This document shows, piece after piece, positions 35,992 to 45,425 of a stretch of 56,178 bases of DNA. Made by a program: the position numbers and the translations under genes. The notes under the pieces were generated by a model that was not told the origin of the DNA, made no database searches, and saw nothing but the letters and a program-made list of their open reading frames with translations. The stretch lies in the IMG/VR virus record IMGVR_UViG_3300043398_000200, positions 1 to 56,178 of that record. The stretch is one strand, 5' to 3'. Each line of letters starts with the position of its first letter. Position 1 is the stretch's first letter. Source of the stretch: a virus (taxonomy: Duplodnaviria; Caudoviricetes).

Positions 35992-36330
35992 TCAGGCGTT
36001 CAGCCAGGCCAGCTCGTTGTTCCAGTAGGTGGTGTCTTCTTCCACACCACCGTCAACATCCGTGACATAGATGAACCCGCACCCCGCACCAAGGAAAAAA
36101 TCCATCACGTCGTGAAGGTTCGCCGCACTGACGCCGTTCACCAGGGCAGAGAACTTGCTGTTGGCGAAGTTGCTCATCCAGGCAGGCAACGTGGGGTATG
36201 TAGGTGAGCCATGCCCGTTGGGGATGTACTGCTCGTACATGACCATGATGTCCACGACATTGGCTATCTGCTGGTGATCGGACGCGGTGTCATACGTCCC
36301 GCCCTGATGGATTGCTACGATGGCTGCCAT
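35992..36330 (-). CDS. C-terminal half of a spherulin-4/GH135-like domain
   Basis: DIMVMYE, PAWM...KFSALV, GCGFIYVTD, YWNNEL match the spherulin-4 C-terminal pattern. Confidence 0.65.
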   Translation of the reverse strand: MAAIVAIHQGGTYDTASDHQQIANVVDIMVMYEQYIPNGHGSPTYPTLPAWMSNFANSKFSALVNGVSAANLHDVMDFFLGAGCGFIYVTDVDGGVEEDTTYWNNELAWLNA

Positions 36331-36334
36331 ATGC

Positions 36335-39300
36335 TTACCCGTTGAATACTTTCACGACTACATGGCCACGCATTGAGCCAATCAGAATTGACTGTCCTGC
36401 GGGGACCAGGGTGCCAGGACCGACAATGCGAACATCAATCGGATAGGTGACATGCCGCGCCGGATTGCCCTCCGGGTTCCACCGTGCAAAGCCATAGTCA
36501 AACTCACGCATGTAGGTCCCATCCGCCTGCGGCGAGGAATGCTGCGACTCGGTACGCGCCTTACCGAGGTAATGCCGGCCTGCGTCCACGTTCGGATATG
36601 TATAGGGGATGCCAGTAGCGCGGTTAACTGAGAACTCCGGGTGCCACACGAAATCATCGGGCTTGTAGTTCTCGAAACCTCCAATGGGGCCAGCATAGCC
36701 TTCCTGGTACCCATAACCAGGGCGTGACATGTGGACACAGCCACCACGCTTACTGGCGAAGCACAGATATGCCGCGAACCAGTACATGCTGCCTTCCCCA
36801 GGGGGGCTATACTGGCCAGTGTAACCGTTCACGTCCATGAGCGCCTGGCGCCCATCAGCCATGATCGTGTTGAACGAGGCCAGCATGTACGGTCCGTGCG
36901 TCTGGTCGTTGAAGCACTTGAATGAACTCGGCGCACCTATCCAGTTGCCGCCGCGACAGGAAATGTCGATGCGCTCCGCGTAGGTTCCATCAGAAGCACC
37001 AGACAGGCGCGGCGGGTTGGTGTACCAGTCAATAGTTCCGAAGTTGCCAGTCCAGCTGGTGCCATTGTTCCACGCCATCTTCCCGGTGATGGCGCGAGTC
37101 TGTGCAAGCAGATCCCTACAGCCGCTCGACAGCGTGTCATTCACCTTGACGTTGATGTCCCCCTGAGCCACATCCGCAGGCCAGCCACCATGATGGTCGG
37201 CATACTCCTGCTGGCTATACCCACTGCGCAGATTCGCCTGCAGGTCGTCATAGAACGTGGCGTCGTACACGTCCATGAAGTTAACGCCCATATTGGAGTT
37301 AGGGGCCTTGCCAGTGGAGTTGAGATCCAGTACCCCCTTCTGCCACTTTGCAATGAACGTGCTGGCGGTTTCTCCAACCCCCGCGCCGCTGGTCCCAGTC
37401 GTTCCGCCTGGAAATGGCGGGTATACATAGACAGTATAAGCTGGATTGCCATTCTCCAACTCAAGGACATAGTTAGAACCGTTGGTCGTCGCAAGCCAGT
37501 GGTTATTACTGAGAACCCTCAACACATCCGTCTCGAACTGGTTGCCGCCAGCCGTGTTGTACCGGGGGAAGCTGAAGTCCCAAGTGTAGTGGGCAAGCTT
37601 CAGTGAGGGGTTCACTGCCTTCACTGCAAGGAAGTCCGCGTGAATATCATTGTTGCTGAAGTCCGTCGCAAAACTCGACACAACTGCCATGTCGATGTGC
37701 TTCAGGAACTCGAAGAAGGTGCCGTTGTTAGGCCCCAACTGCCAGTGGTTCCGACCGTAGGTGCCTTCATACAGACCGATGGCCATTGCGCCGATGCGCG
37801 GGAATAACTCAGTGGTGTCACCACTGCCGGAAACCCTCAACGCAACCAGACCGTCACCTTCGGGTAGCGTGTAGCTCCCACCAATGGCCCCGTTATTGAT
37901 GGCCGCATCACCAATGAGCGCACTGTTGTGTGTCAACCGCTGGAAATCGGTGAGGTCGATTACCTTCGCCCCATTCCCCCTCGGGTTCAGCCACGCACGT
38001 CCGCTCACAAAGTCACGGTGCAGCACTCCATTACCAAGTCGTGAAGCAGTCTGGAACCCTTCCAGCGCACTACCAAGCCATCCAGCGCGGTTGATCGCAC
38101 CACCGTACATCTCATCGTAAAACTGGTTGGCGGGTGGGCCAGCACTTGTCGTCGTGCCAAAATACCCAGGCCCCATCAACACAACACACTGCGCATAACG
38201 TGCTTCACGCAGGTTTCCAGATGTCGGCAAGTCGCGGGCATCGACTTTCAATGGGCGATCCGCGGCGGTCAGCGAAGCGTCTACCGCCCACTTGTAGCGC
38301 GCCAGGAAAGTCAGCGTACCGTCAGTCGCCTCCGACCCGTTTGGCCCAAGGCCGTTTTCGAGCATGGCGAAGTCAGCCATGTTCATCAGGTGTGTCCAGT
38401 TATTCGGGTCCGGCGCACCGTTGTTCCAGGTCGCGTACCCGTTGCAGCCCCAGCCCTTGTTGGGGTTGATCGTCCGGCCGTAAGTAAACCAATCGGACTC
38501 TCCTGCCCTGAAGTCGGCCTGAGTCCACGCCCCTCCAGTCGGGTTGTAGTCATAAGTCTGACTGTAGTAAGTACCAGGGTTGGTGTACGAGAACACGTTG
38601 TCGCAGAGAAAGTAATCTATCGACGTTGCTTTCGAGGCGGCGGGGTCTGCGCCGCCGCCGGTGATGTAGCAACGATTGGTTGCAAAGGCCGCGTACTGGT
38701 ACGGCCACAGCCCACCATACTGCCCTACGAAATGCGTCGGGTTGATCAGCCAAAAGTTTGGAATATCCCACCCGGATATTACATGGGTACCACTGCGCCC
38801 CACCTGCCACAGGTCCCAGTTGGCCGCGACGACAGCGTTCTTCCAGTCCTGAACATAGGCCCCACCATCGGCCCGCCGCTCGTTGAAGTTCCCGTACTGA
38901 ACGATCTTGGTACCAACGAGAGATCGAGACTTGATATCGTCGTAAGCCTGCTGGCGCGTCATCCCCTCGCCGTTGGGGTATGCAGCAGGGTAGTTCCCTC
39001 CAATCTCAATGATGTGAAACTTCGCCGCAATCGCCCGCTGCGTGGCGTCCGGGACCTGGTTTGTCCCAGTAAAGCCGCCAGCGATGCGCGGATATGGGTG
39101 GTTGAGGCCGGGGAAAGTGGTCGAGGTCGGCGGCGGCGTAGGCGACGGAGTCGTGCCACCCTGCTTGGAGCGCACGTAGGCCGTCATCTCGGTCCAGTGC
39201 TGCACCCAGGTCAGGTCCTCTGGCATGTTGGGGCGGCCCTGGCCGCCCTGACCAAAGAAAATGCCGTCGATGTTTGGAAACGCGTTGTACCACGCATCGA

Positions 39301-41917
39301 TTCGCGTCTTCAGCTGCGCGCGGGTCAGCATCTGATATGGGATTGTCCCGGTCACATCCAGTGACGTGACGTGCCCAAGGACCTTGATACCCCGTATATG
39401 GCACTGGTCAATATGTGCCTGCAGCTGCGGGTTGGGGTTGGAGTAGCTGTCGTAGTAGTAGTTGTCCGCATCGAAAATGCAAAACACCACACTTCCAGCT
39501 GGCATCTGGTAGATCTGCGCCCACTGCGCAGCATTGTTCGTGGGGAAGCGGAAGATGATCTTGTTGGACGGCTGTGAGATAGGTGGGTCGAGGGTCACAC
39601 CTGTCACTGCTGCACTCTGCGCAGACTCGTTCACCGGGTCGGCCTGGTCAAATGCCGACACCCGATAACTGTGCACTTCACCCGCCGCCATGCCTGTCAC
39701 ATCGTAAGTGGTACTGGTTGTCGTGGCGAGGTAAGAACCATCCTTGAACACCTTGTATCCACCCACCCCAGTGCCTGCATCCGACGAAGCACTCCACTGC
39801 AGTCGAGTCGCAGACTGGCTCAGGGCCTGTGCAGACAGGTTGGTGGGTACCGTGGGGGCCGTCAGGTCGGCAGTCTCACCACCCTGAATGATTTCCAGGG
39901 CACACAGCAGGCCATTATCCGAAGTACCAATGAGCCGCAGGTGCAGGCTGCCAGTACTGATGTGGTGGGTGTACGACTTCTTGAGTGTCGCATTGCTGCC
40001 GACCACCCCGCCAATATCAACACCCGTCTCCTTGACGGTGCCGTTCATCTCAACATTAAACACGCGATGCCCAGCAGTCCCAAACACCGGGTCGGCAAAG
40101 TACAGATTGATGGTGTAGGTGTCGTCAGCAGGCACCGCTGCATCGACAACCAGCGTAGGGATGTCCCATCGACTGGTCTGATAGAGCGGCTGCCTGGCGG
40201 CGTCCGAGCCGGTAATCGTTGCACCACTGTCATTGACGTAGGATGTGGGGGAGAGAACCCCCGTATCCGCCAACCAATTCAAACCGCCTGGGTCAGTGTA
40301 AGTCGGGCCACCAATGTTCACCCTGAAGGTGAACGGATCGCCGCTACTGGTCAAGGCCGGCAGGGTGAACGTACGGACGGCACTTTCATCCGACGAAAAT
40401 CCTGCGTGGTCGGTAGCTACGGTCGTGATGCTGAAGTTCTCTCGCTCCGCCCCGACATCGTAGTAGGACACGTCGGTGGCCAGTGTGAGCGCATACCCAG
40501 TGTAGGTACCCTGACCGTTGTAGGCCATGCGACAGGCCAGCACGTCCGTACTGAAAGGAAGCTCGGCCGTGGCACACGACACCCATGTCGGAGAACTTGG
40601 ATTGGTGGCGTAAAAGACCTCGAACCGGGTCAATGCCACGCGCACGATCTTGAGCGCACAGGCTACAGCAACGGACAAATCCGCAAGCAGCTGCGGGGTA
40701 CTGTTGTTGGTCAGGCGGGCATAGACCCGCAGCTTATTGATGCTGCCTGCGGTCGTCGTATGCAGGGCTGCAATGAAGGCCGCACCACGATCCGCCGAAT
40801 TACGGACCTCAATGCCAATAGCCCCATTGTTGGCGTCGATGCTGGACGTAACCGCAGTGACGTTGATCTGCTGCGAAAAATCTCCGCGGACAAAGCGGCC
40901 GCGCAAGTACACAGTATCCTGCGTGCCGAAATGACTCCCGCCAGTGGTCATGGCGATTGTCGAACCACTGTCCGACCCCTGCGCGCCGCCGAGGTTGTAG
41001 TCTGCCTCCGCAGTCAGTACCACCGGCTCGGGCATATCCCCAAGAGCCGCGCCGAAATTGCGGAAGGCGTAGGAACTGGTCCCCGACACCGCTTCTCCAC
41101 CACCCGGAGTAGCATCTGCGACGCGCGGCTGCTGCACGAGCCAGCCAAGGGGGCTGCCCCAGGTAGCGACCTTTATCAGCCCTGTAGGCTGCGGTGGCGC
41201 ATGCTGATCGACCGTACCGGTCCCAGGAACGGTCACAGCAATAGCGGCGGTCCTGTCAGAGCGCAATCCTACAGCGTCAACAGCATATGCCTGATAGAGG
41301 ACGGCGTGGTCCGTAGTCTGCACTGCCCCCGGATCGTCAAGCGGAAACCCAGGCGTCGAAAGCTCAGCAAGAACAGACGAGTCGCTGGGATTGATCCGCT
41401 CAACGACATAACCAACCACCGAAACATTGTCGATGGACCCACGCGACGTGATGTGCGGAACCCCTCCAACGATGGCGACAGCAAAATCAGCCGGCTTGGT
41501 TGGTTTCTCCGTGTCTGTAGGAACAGGTGGAGTGTCGTCTGCACCTGGGCCATACAGGTAGGTGTAGTAATTAGCAATGCTTGCGGGAATGAACCCGCAG
41601 GCCACAGTAACCTGCGCATCATCTGCCGGCGTCATGTATCGCGCCAGGCGCGTGCGACGCGAATAGTTGTCTGCGATTGCACGAATGCTGGCCAGCCCCA
41701 GTGTCACTGTGCTGCCAATGGCCTCACCATCCGGCCCAAAAATCAGCCGCATCTGCTCGGTCACATCTGAAAGGCCAAGCTTTGCATCCTGCGCACGCAG
41801 GTAATCCCGATCCTCGTCGGTCAGAAACCGCTTCAGTCGGCCACGGGCGGCCAACCCAAGCATGTACGTACGAAGTTCCTCGTACGCTACAACGATTGGA
41901 TCATCTGCGTGTGCCAT
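36335..41917 (-). CDS. Giant multidomain carbohydrate-binding/hydrolase virion protein (~1860 aa): FN3, lectin, malectin, FN3, spherulin-4 N-half, two GHL15-like glycoside hydrolase modules
   Basis: Start at MAHADD by TGATG coupling; malectin FRVNIGG..LYQTSRW..LYFAD..RVFNV; FN3 APTVPTNL..LQWSAS..GYKVF; GIKVLGHV..IDGIFF; two R(D/E)F..G....NP.GN ends. Confidence 0.8.
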   Translation of the reverse strand: MAHADDPIVVAYEELRTYMLGLAARGRLKRFLTDEDRDYLRAQDAKLGLSDVTEQMRLIFGPDGEAIGSTVTLGLASIRAIADNYSRRTRLARYMTPADDAQVTVACGFIPASIANYYTYLYGPGADDTPPVPTDTEKPTKPADFAVAIVGGVPHITSRGSIDNVSVVGYVVERINPSDSSVLAELSTPGFPLDDPGAVQTTDHAVLYQAYAVDAVGLRSDRTAAIAVTVPGTGTVDQHAPPQPTGLIKVATWGSPLGWLVQQPRVADATPGGGEAVSGTSSYAFRNFGAALGDMPEPVVLTAEADYNLGGAQGSDSGSTIAMTTGGSHFGTQDTVYLRGRFVRGDFSQQINVTAVTSSIDANNGAIGIEVRNSADRGAAFIAALHTTTAGSINKLRVYARLTNNSTPQLLADLSVAVACALKIVRVALTRFEVFYATNPSSPTWVSCATAELPFSTDVLACRMAYNGQGTYTGYALTLATDVSYYDVGAERENFSITTVATDHAGFSSDESAVRTFTLPALTSSGDPFTFRVNIGGPTYTDPGGLNWLADTGVLSPTSYVNDSGATITGSDAARQPLYQTSRWDIPTLVVDAAVPADDTYTINLYFADPVFGTAGHRVFNVEMNGTVKETGVDIGGVVGSNATLKKSYTHHISTGSLHLRLIGTSDNGLLCALEIIQGGETADLTAPTVPTNLSAQALSQSATRLQWSASSDAGTGVGGYKVFKDGSYLATTTSTTYDVTGMAAGEVHSYRVSAFDQADPVNESAQSAAVTGVTLDPPISQPSNKIIFRFPTNNAAQWAQIYQMPAGSVVFCIFDADNYYYDSYSNPNPQLQAHIDQCHIRGIKVLGHVTSLDVTGTIPYQMLTRAQLKTRIDAWYNAFPNIDGIFFGQGGQGRPNMPEDLTWVQHWTEMTAYVRSKQGGTTPSPTPPPTSTTFPGLNHPYPRIAGGFTGTNQVPDATQRAIAAKFHIIEIGGNYPAAYPNGEGMTRQQAYDDIKSRSLVGTKIVQYGNFNERRADGGAYVQDWKNAVVAANWDLWQVGRSGTHVISGWDIPNFWLINPTHFVGQYGGLWPYQYAAFATNRCYITGGGADPAASKATSIDYFLCDNVFSYTNPGTYYSQTYDYNPTGGAWTQADFRAGESDWFTYGRTINPNKGWGCNGYATWNNGAPDPNNWTHLMNMADFAMLENGLGPNGSEATDGTLTFLARYKWAVDASLTAADRPLKVDARDLPTSGNLREARYAQCVVLMGPGYFGTTTSAGPPANQFYDEMYGGAINRAGWLGSALEGFQTASRLGNGVLHRDFVSGRAWLNPRGNGAKVIDLTDFQRLTHNSALIGDAAINNGAIGGSYTLPEGDGLVALRVSGSGDTTELFPRIGAMAIGLYEGTYGRNHWQLGPNNGTFFEFLKHIDMAVVSSFATDFSNNDIHADFLAVKAVNPSLKLAHYTWDFSFPRYNTAGGNQFETDVLRVLSNNHWLATTNGSNYVLELENGNPAYTVYVYPPFPGGTTGTSGAGVGETASTFIAKWQKGVLDLNSTGKAPNSNMGVNFMDVYDATFYDDLQANLRSGYSQQEYADHHGGWPADVAQGDINVKVNDTLSSGCRDLLAQTRAITGKMAWNNGTSWTGNFGTIDWYTNPPRLSGASDGTYAERIDISCRGGNWIGAPSSFKCFNDQTHGPYMLASFNTIMADGRQALMDVNGYTGQYSPPGEGSMYWFAAYLCFASKRGGCVHMSRPGYGYQEGYAGPIGGFENYKPDDFVWHPEFSVNRATGIPYTYPNVDAGRHYLGKARTESQHSSPQADGTYMREFDYGFARWNPEGNPARHVTYPIDVRIVGPGTLVPAGQSILIGSMRGHVVVKVFNG

Positions 41918-42207
41918 CAGAACAACCCGATCATGTTGACTGCCGTCGTGACCGAACTCCACACCCGCCGCACACGGCAGGGGACGAAGCCGCCGGTGGG
42001 GATGATGAAGGTCACAGGCTCGGCGTCGTCATTGCCCGCAGGAGTCACCTTGACGTTCCCCCCCGTGCCGACGAACACAAACTGATCCTTGTTCTCACCG
42101 TTGTTGTTGGTGAGATCCACCGAGTCGCTCGGGCTGATCGCCTTTGCGCACATGGGGAACCCCGTGACGAAGAAGGGTCCTGGGGTCTCGTTTGCTTCTA
42201 TCGCCAT
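41917..42207 (-). CDS. Head-spike base protein (RcGTA Rcc01079-like)
   Basis: AISPSDSVDL..VFVGTGGNVKV..VTF..PTGGFVPCRVRRVWSSVTTA..IGL pattern. Confidence 0.7.
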   Translation of the reverse strand: MAIEANETPGPFFVTGFPMCAKAISPSDSVDLTNNNGENKDQFVFVGTGGNVKVTPAGNDDAEPVTFIIPTGGFVPCRVRRVWSSVTTAVNMIGLF

Positions 42208-42212
42208 GCGCC

Positions 42213-42380
42213 CTACTCCGTTTTCCTGGCGAAGCGCACCGATGCCGCCCGCGCCCTCAAGATGTTTTCCTGGACCTGCCTGACACGCGTCGGCTCATCG
42301 ATTGCCTTCTGCGCCGCGTCTACCGCCTCACGCTGGTCAATGGCCTGTCGCCGCTGACTGACTGTTGACTCAAATTTCAT
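42213..42380 (-). CDS. Small hypothetical protein (55 aa, not in ORF track)
   Basis: MKFESTVSQRRQAIDQRE...; ATGA overlap with the upstream stop; fills the gap. Confidence 0.6.
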   Translation of the reverse strand: MKFESTVSQRRQAIDQREAVDAAQKAIDEPTRVRQVQENILRARAASVRFARKTE

Positions 42381-42637
42381 CGCCGCCTCGTGGCCGCGTT
42401 GGTTGCCGGGTTGTAGTCGAAGTCGGCGGGCTTTCTGCGAGTCGCCCGCGCCGCGCGGTCCTTCGCCCGTTCCGCCGCCGTCATCCGATCCCGTGCCCGA
42501 CCAGTGGCCGTCAACTCACCTTTGGCGTTCATATGGCCACGCTTCTTCAGGAGGGCAATGGCCTCATCCCGTGACCCAACCTGGGCAGTGAGCCGGCTCA
42601 CCAGCTGGTGCCGCCCCATGAACTGCTGGGTCGTCAT
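42377..42637 (-). CDS. Small basic hypothetical protein
   Basis: ATGA coupling to portal. Confidence 0.65.
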   Translation of the reverse strand: MTTQQFMGRHQLVSRLTAQVGSRDEAIALLKKRGHMNAKGELTATGRARDRMTAAERAKDRAARATRRKPADFDYNPATNAATRRR

Positions 42638-44844
42638 CCCCCGGCCCTCATGCCTGGCCGCCCAGTAGCATTATTGGACATCTGCCCTTCCTGCGACTGG
42701 CGAACCTGCTCCGCAGGTGCACGCGCGTTCTGCGGAGAAGGCACCTGACTGCCCTGCTGGCCGGGGGGCATCGGCCCGCCCGGACCACCTGGGATCCCGC
42801 CCTGAGCCTGCAGCAAAGCCAACTGCTGCTGTTGTGCCTGCAACGCCTTCAGCTGCTCGTCGTCCGGCACGATCTGCTCGTGGTCGAGACCGAGGTTGGT
42901 CGCCACGCTGCGCAGGACGTTGGCCCGCCCCTCCATACCGACGATCTGCATATCGATTGGGTTACCGGTCAGCTGCAGGAATTCCAGCTGGCGCATGCGG
43001 TCCTGCTCGCGCTTCACGGCGTAGTTCACACCCTTGACGACGATGTTCTCATCACCGCGGAACATGCCGGGCATGGTCAGCATCACCATGTTGTACAACT
43101 GCTGCAGCAGCGGCCGCCACACGTCACGGTCAATGCTGGCCGCTACGTTCTGCAGCGACTTGGACGCGTTGCCCATCAGCATCGCCAGGCCGGACGCAGT
43201 ACGCCCCGCACCGCCCACACGCTCGTTGCCAGTCATGTAGCGAGGGATGGCGCTCACTTCATCAGCCATCAACGAGAACTTCTCGTAGATGCCAAGCAGC
43301 TCCGCCGCATTGGAGTTGGGCTGGAAGAAATCAATCGGTTTGGCTGTGCCGGTGAGCATCGGATCGAAGCTGACGTGCCACCGCTTCCACGGGTACATGT
43401 CATCACCCATACCAGGGTCGGCCAGGACCTGATCGTTGATCACTACCTGCGGGCCGGACGAAATCGAGATGTTGTTCACCAGTGCACGGACAGTCGCATT
43501 GCTTACCGACTGCACGTCATCGAGCAGGTCATACAGGCCGTAACCCGCAAGGCCGCCGGGGACCTTCTCGAAATTGCTGATGTAGTACGGAACGCGCTGG
43601 TCAGGGGACGGGTTGACCTGAACCTTGATGACGAAGCGGTCAATCAACCATGCCTGAACCTTGTACTCCTGCAGGGGGTCGGGAACTTCCTCTGCCGTCA
43701 TGCCCCACTGCAGGAGCATGGACCCCTGCACAGAGCCGTGGAACTCCGCGGTGTCAATCAGGTTGGACGACGTGCTGGGCCACTGCTCGCGCATCTCCAG
43801 ACGGGACCGCTCGGTGTCGGTCGTATCCCACCAGTCGCGGAAGCCGTTGTCGGGGAACCGCTCCAGTACCTGATCAATCTGGTCGTCGCGGTAGCCAGGC
43901 AGGCCCTTGACCGCCAGCAGGTCCGCGCGCGAAAGGCGCAGACGCTCAACAATCTCGGCCTCATGGATGTTGGCTGCAGACGGCGACCAGTACAGATCGA
44001 ACGGTGACACGCGGTACCAGAACATGGTCGGTATCTGCGCCATCACCGGCTGCTGGTTCTGCCACGTCAGCTGGTTCTTCTTGCGGACGACCGGCCCCTT
44101 GATGCATGCAAAAGGGAAGATCGGCAGGTCGATGAGGAACTCCGCGAACGCGTCATACGCGCCGCCCTGGACCAGGATGTCGTCGAGCTTGTCGCCCGAC
44201 CGTACCGCTTCCTGGACCGCCTTGTCCTTCGCCGCGCGCTCGGCTGCCTTGCGCAGCCCGTTCACACGGTCCTGGATCATCTGCGGGTCGATCTGTTGCC
44301 CCGCCTGCTGGAGCGTGGCGATCTCGGTTTTCACCAAGTCGTCCACGCTTTTCATCACGTCATCAGGAATGTCGGGAACAGGCGTTGGGTCGATGTCCCA
44401 CGGGCGCTCGGCCGAGAGATATACGTCACGCAGCAATGCCGTCGCGCCGCGGCACTTCGTCGCCGTCACGCGGGCGTAGACCTCGGAGCCACCGAACTGT
44501 TTGATGGCCTGCAGCTGCGTGGCTGAATACTGGCCCTTGTAGGTGCGGAGTGCATCGAGCAACCGCTGGGCTATGCCCTGCGTGTTCCGAAAATTCCGCA
44601 TTTCCTCCATGCGCCGGCGGATGTGCGCCGCAAGCTCGGAAGCCACGGCATCTTGCCGCTGAGCCTCGTTATCGGCTTCAATGCGCGCAGCATCCTCAGC
44701 ATCCAGCTGGTCATTCCCGACAACGCGGAGCAGCCCTCTGTCGGGTGGCGGACCAGGGGGGGCGGCTGTTGCGGGAGACGGGGAAGCTGGGGGCGGAGGA
44801 AGCCCTGAATTCGGATCAGGTGGCAGGGCGGCAGGGATTGCCAA
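42634..44844 (-). CDS. Portal protein
   Basis: 736 aa; RVSPFDLYW, RALVNN..SSGPQ, RTASGLAMLM, Gln/Pro-rich tail; TTG start with AGGAGA RBS. Confidence 0.88.
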   Translation of the reverse strand: MAIPAALPPDPNSGLPPPPASPSPATAAPPGPPPDRGLLRVVGNDQLDAEDAARIEADNEAQRQDAVASELAAHIRRRMEEMRNFRNTQGIAQRLLDALRTYKGQYSATQLQAIKQFGGSEVYARVTATKCRGATALLRDVYLSAERPWDIDPTPVPDIPDDVMKSVDDLVKTEIATLQQAGQQIDPQMIQDRVNGLRKAAERAAKDKAVQEAVRSGDKLDDILVQGGAYDAFAEFLIDLPIFPFACIKGPVVRKKNQLTWQNQQPVMAQIPTMFWYRVSPFDLYWSPSAANIHEAEIVERLRLSRADLLAVKGLPGYRDDQIDQVLERFPDNGFRDWWDTTDTERSRLEMREQWPSTSSNLIDTAEFHGSVQGSMLLQWGMTAEEVPDPLQEYKVQAWLIDRFVIKVQVNPSPDQRVPYYISNFEKVPGGLAGYGLYDLLDDVQSVSNATVRALVNNISISSGPQVVINDQVLADPGMGDDMYPWKRWHVSFDPMLTGTAKPIDFFQPNSNAAELLGIYEKFSLMADEVSAIPRYMTGNERVGGAGRTASGLAMLMGNASKSLQNVAASIDRDVWRPLLQQLYNMVMLTMPGMFRGDENIVVKGVNYAVKREQDRMRQLEFLQLTGNPIDMQIVGMEGRANVLRSVATNLGLDHEQIVPDDEQLKALQAQQQQLALLQAQGGIPGGPGGPMPPGQQGSQVPSPQNARAPAEQVRQSQEGQMSNNATGRPGMRAGG

Positions 44845-44873
44845 CGCGGTCTCCTAGCCTAAAACACGCGCAA

Positions 44874-44903
44874 TGGTATATTACTCTCCACTGTAGCTGT
44901 CAA
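44874..44903. promoter_or_regulatory. Overlapping divergent promoters for portal (-) and terminase (+)
   Basis: Minus: TTGACA(44903-44898)-N17-TATACC; plus: extended -10 TGGTATATT at 44874-44882. Confidence 0.5.
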
Positions 44904-44924
44904 CTTACGTAACAGGATCGCCAA

Positions 44925-45425
44925 ATGAGTGCTCAGGGAACCCTGAAGACTTCATCCGATCAGGCCATCGCCCCCCTGGGGGTAGACCTGCAAATATCCG
45001 CGCTCAGCGCCCATATTGCAACCGAACTGGCAGCGGGGCTGTCAGACGTTCCCGCCATCCGTGAGCGGTATGGAATCACCGAAATCCAGTGGGACTCCCT
45101 CAAGAAAAACCCGGTGTTCCGCCAGATGGTGGCCGAGGCGATCAAGTCCCTGCGGGGCGACCTGAACGCCGGTGCCCGCATCCAGAAAAAGGCCGACATC
45201 ATTCTGGAAGATGCCCTGCCGGCCTACGACCGCATGGTCCACGACCCCACCATCCCCGCCCAGTCCCGCATCGACGCCGGCAAGCTGCTGGCCCAGCTGG
45301 CCGGGCGCGCAGCCAAGAATGACGGTATCGCGGTACCCGGTAGCGGCTTCGTCCTCAACATCAACCTGGGTGGTGCCAACAAGGGCGTCACCATCGAGAA
45401 CGCAGCCATCACGGACGTACCGTGA
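44925..45425 (+). CDS. Terminase small subunit (putative)
   Basis: Helical protein with C-terminal FVLNINLG strand; GTGA-coupled to TerL. Confidence 0.75.
   Translation: MSAQGTLKTSSDQAIAPLGVDLQISALSAHIATELAAGLSDVPAIRERYGITEIQWDSLKKNPVFRQMVAEAIKSLRGDLNAGARIQKKADIILEDALPAYDRMVHDPTIPAQSRIDAGKLLAQLAGRAAKNDGIAVPGSGFVLNINLGGANKGVTIENAAITDVP

Noticed and set aside
36337-39161. Insert as a group I/II intron, intein or IS
   Set aside because: Fully coding in frame with hydrolase-like modules; no RT, homing nuclease, transposase, intein termini or terminal inverted repeats seen
39671-41770. 699-aa + strand ORF
   Set aside because: Antisense shadow of the giant minus-strand gene; no motifs; expected in GC-rich coding DNA
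24799-42207. Diversity-generating retroelement or invertible fibre cassette
   Set aside because: No reverse transcriptase, TR/VR pair or invertase recognised
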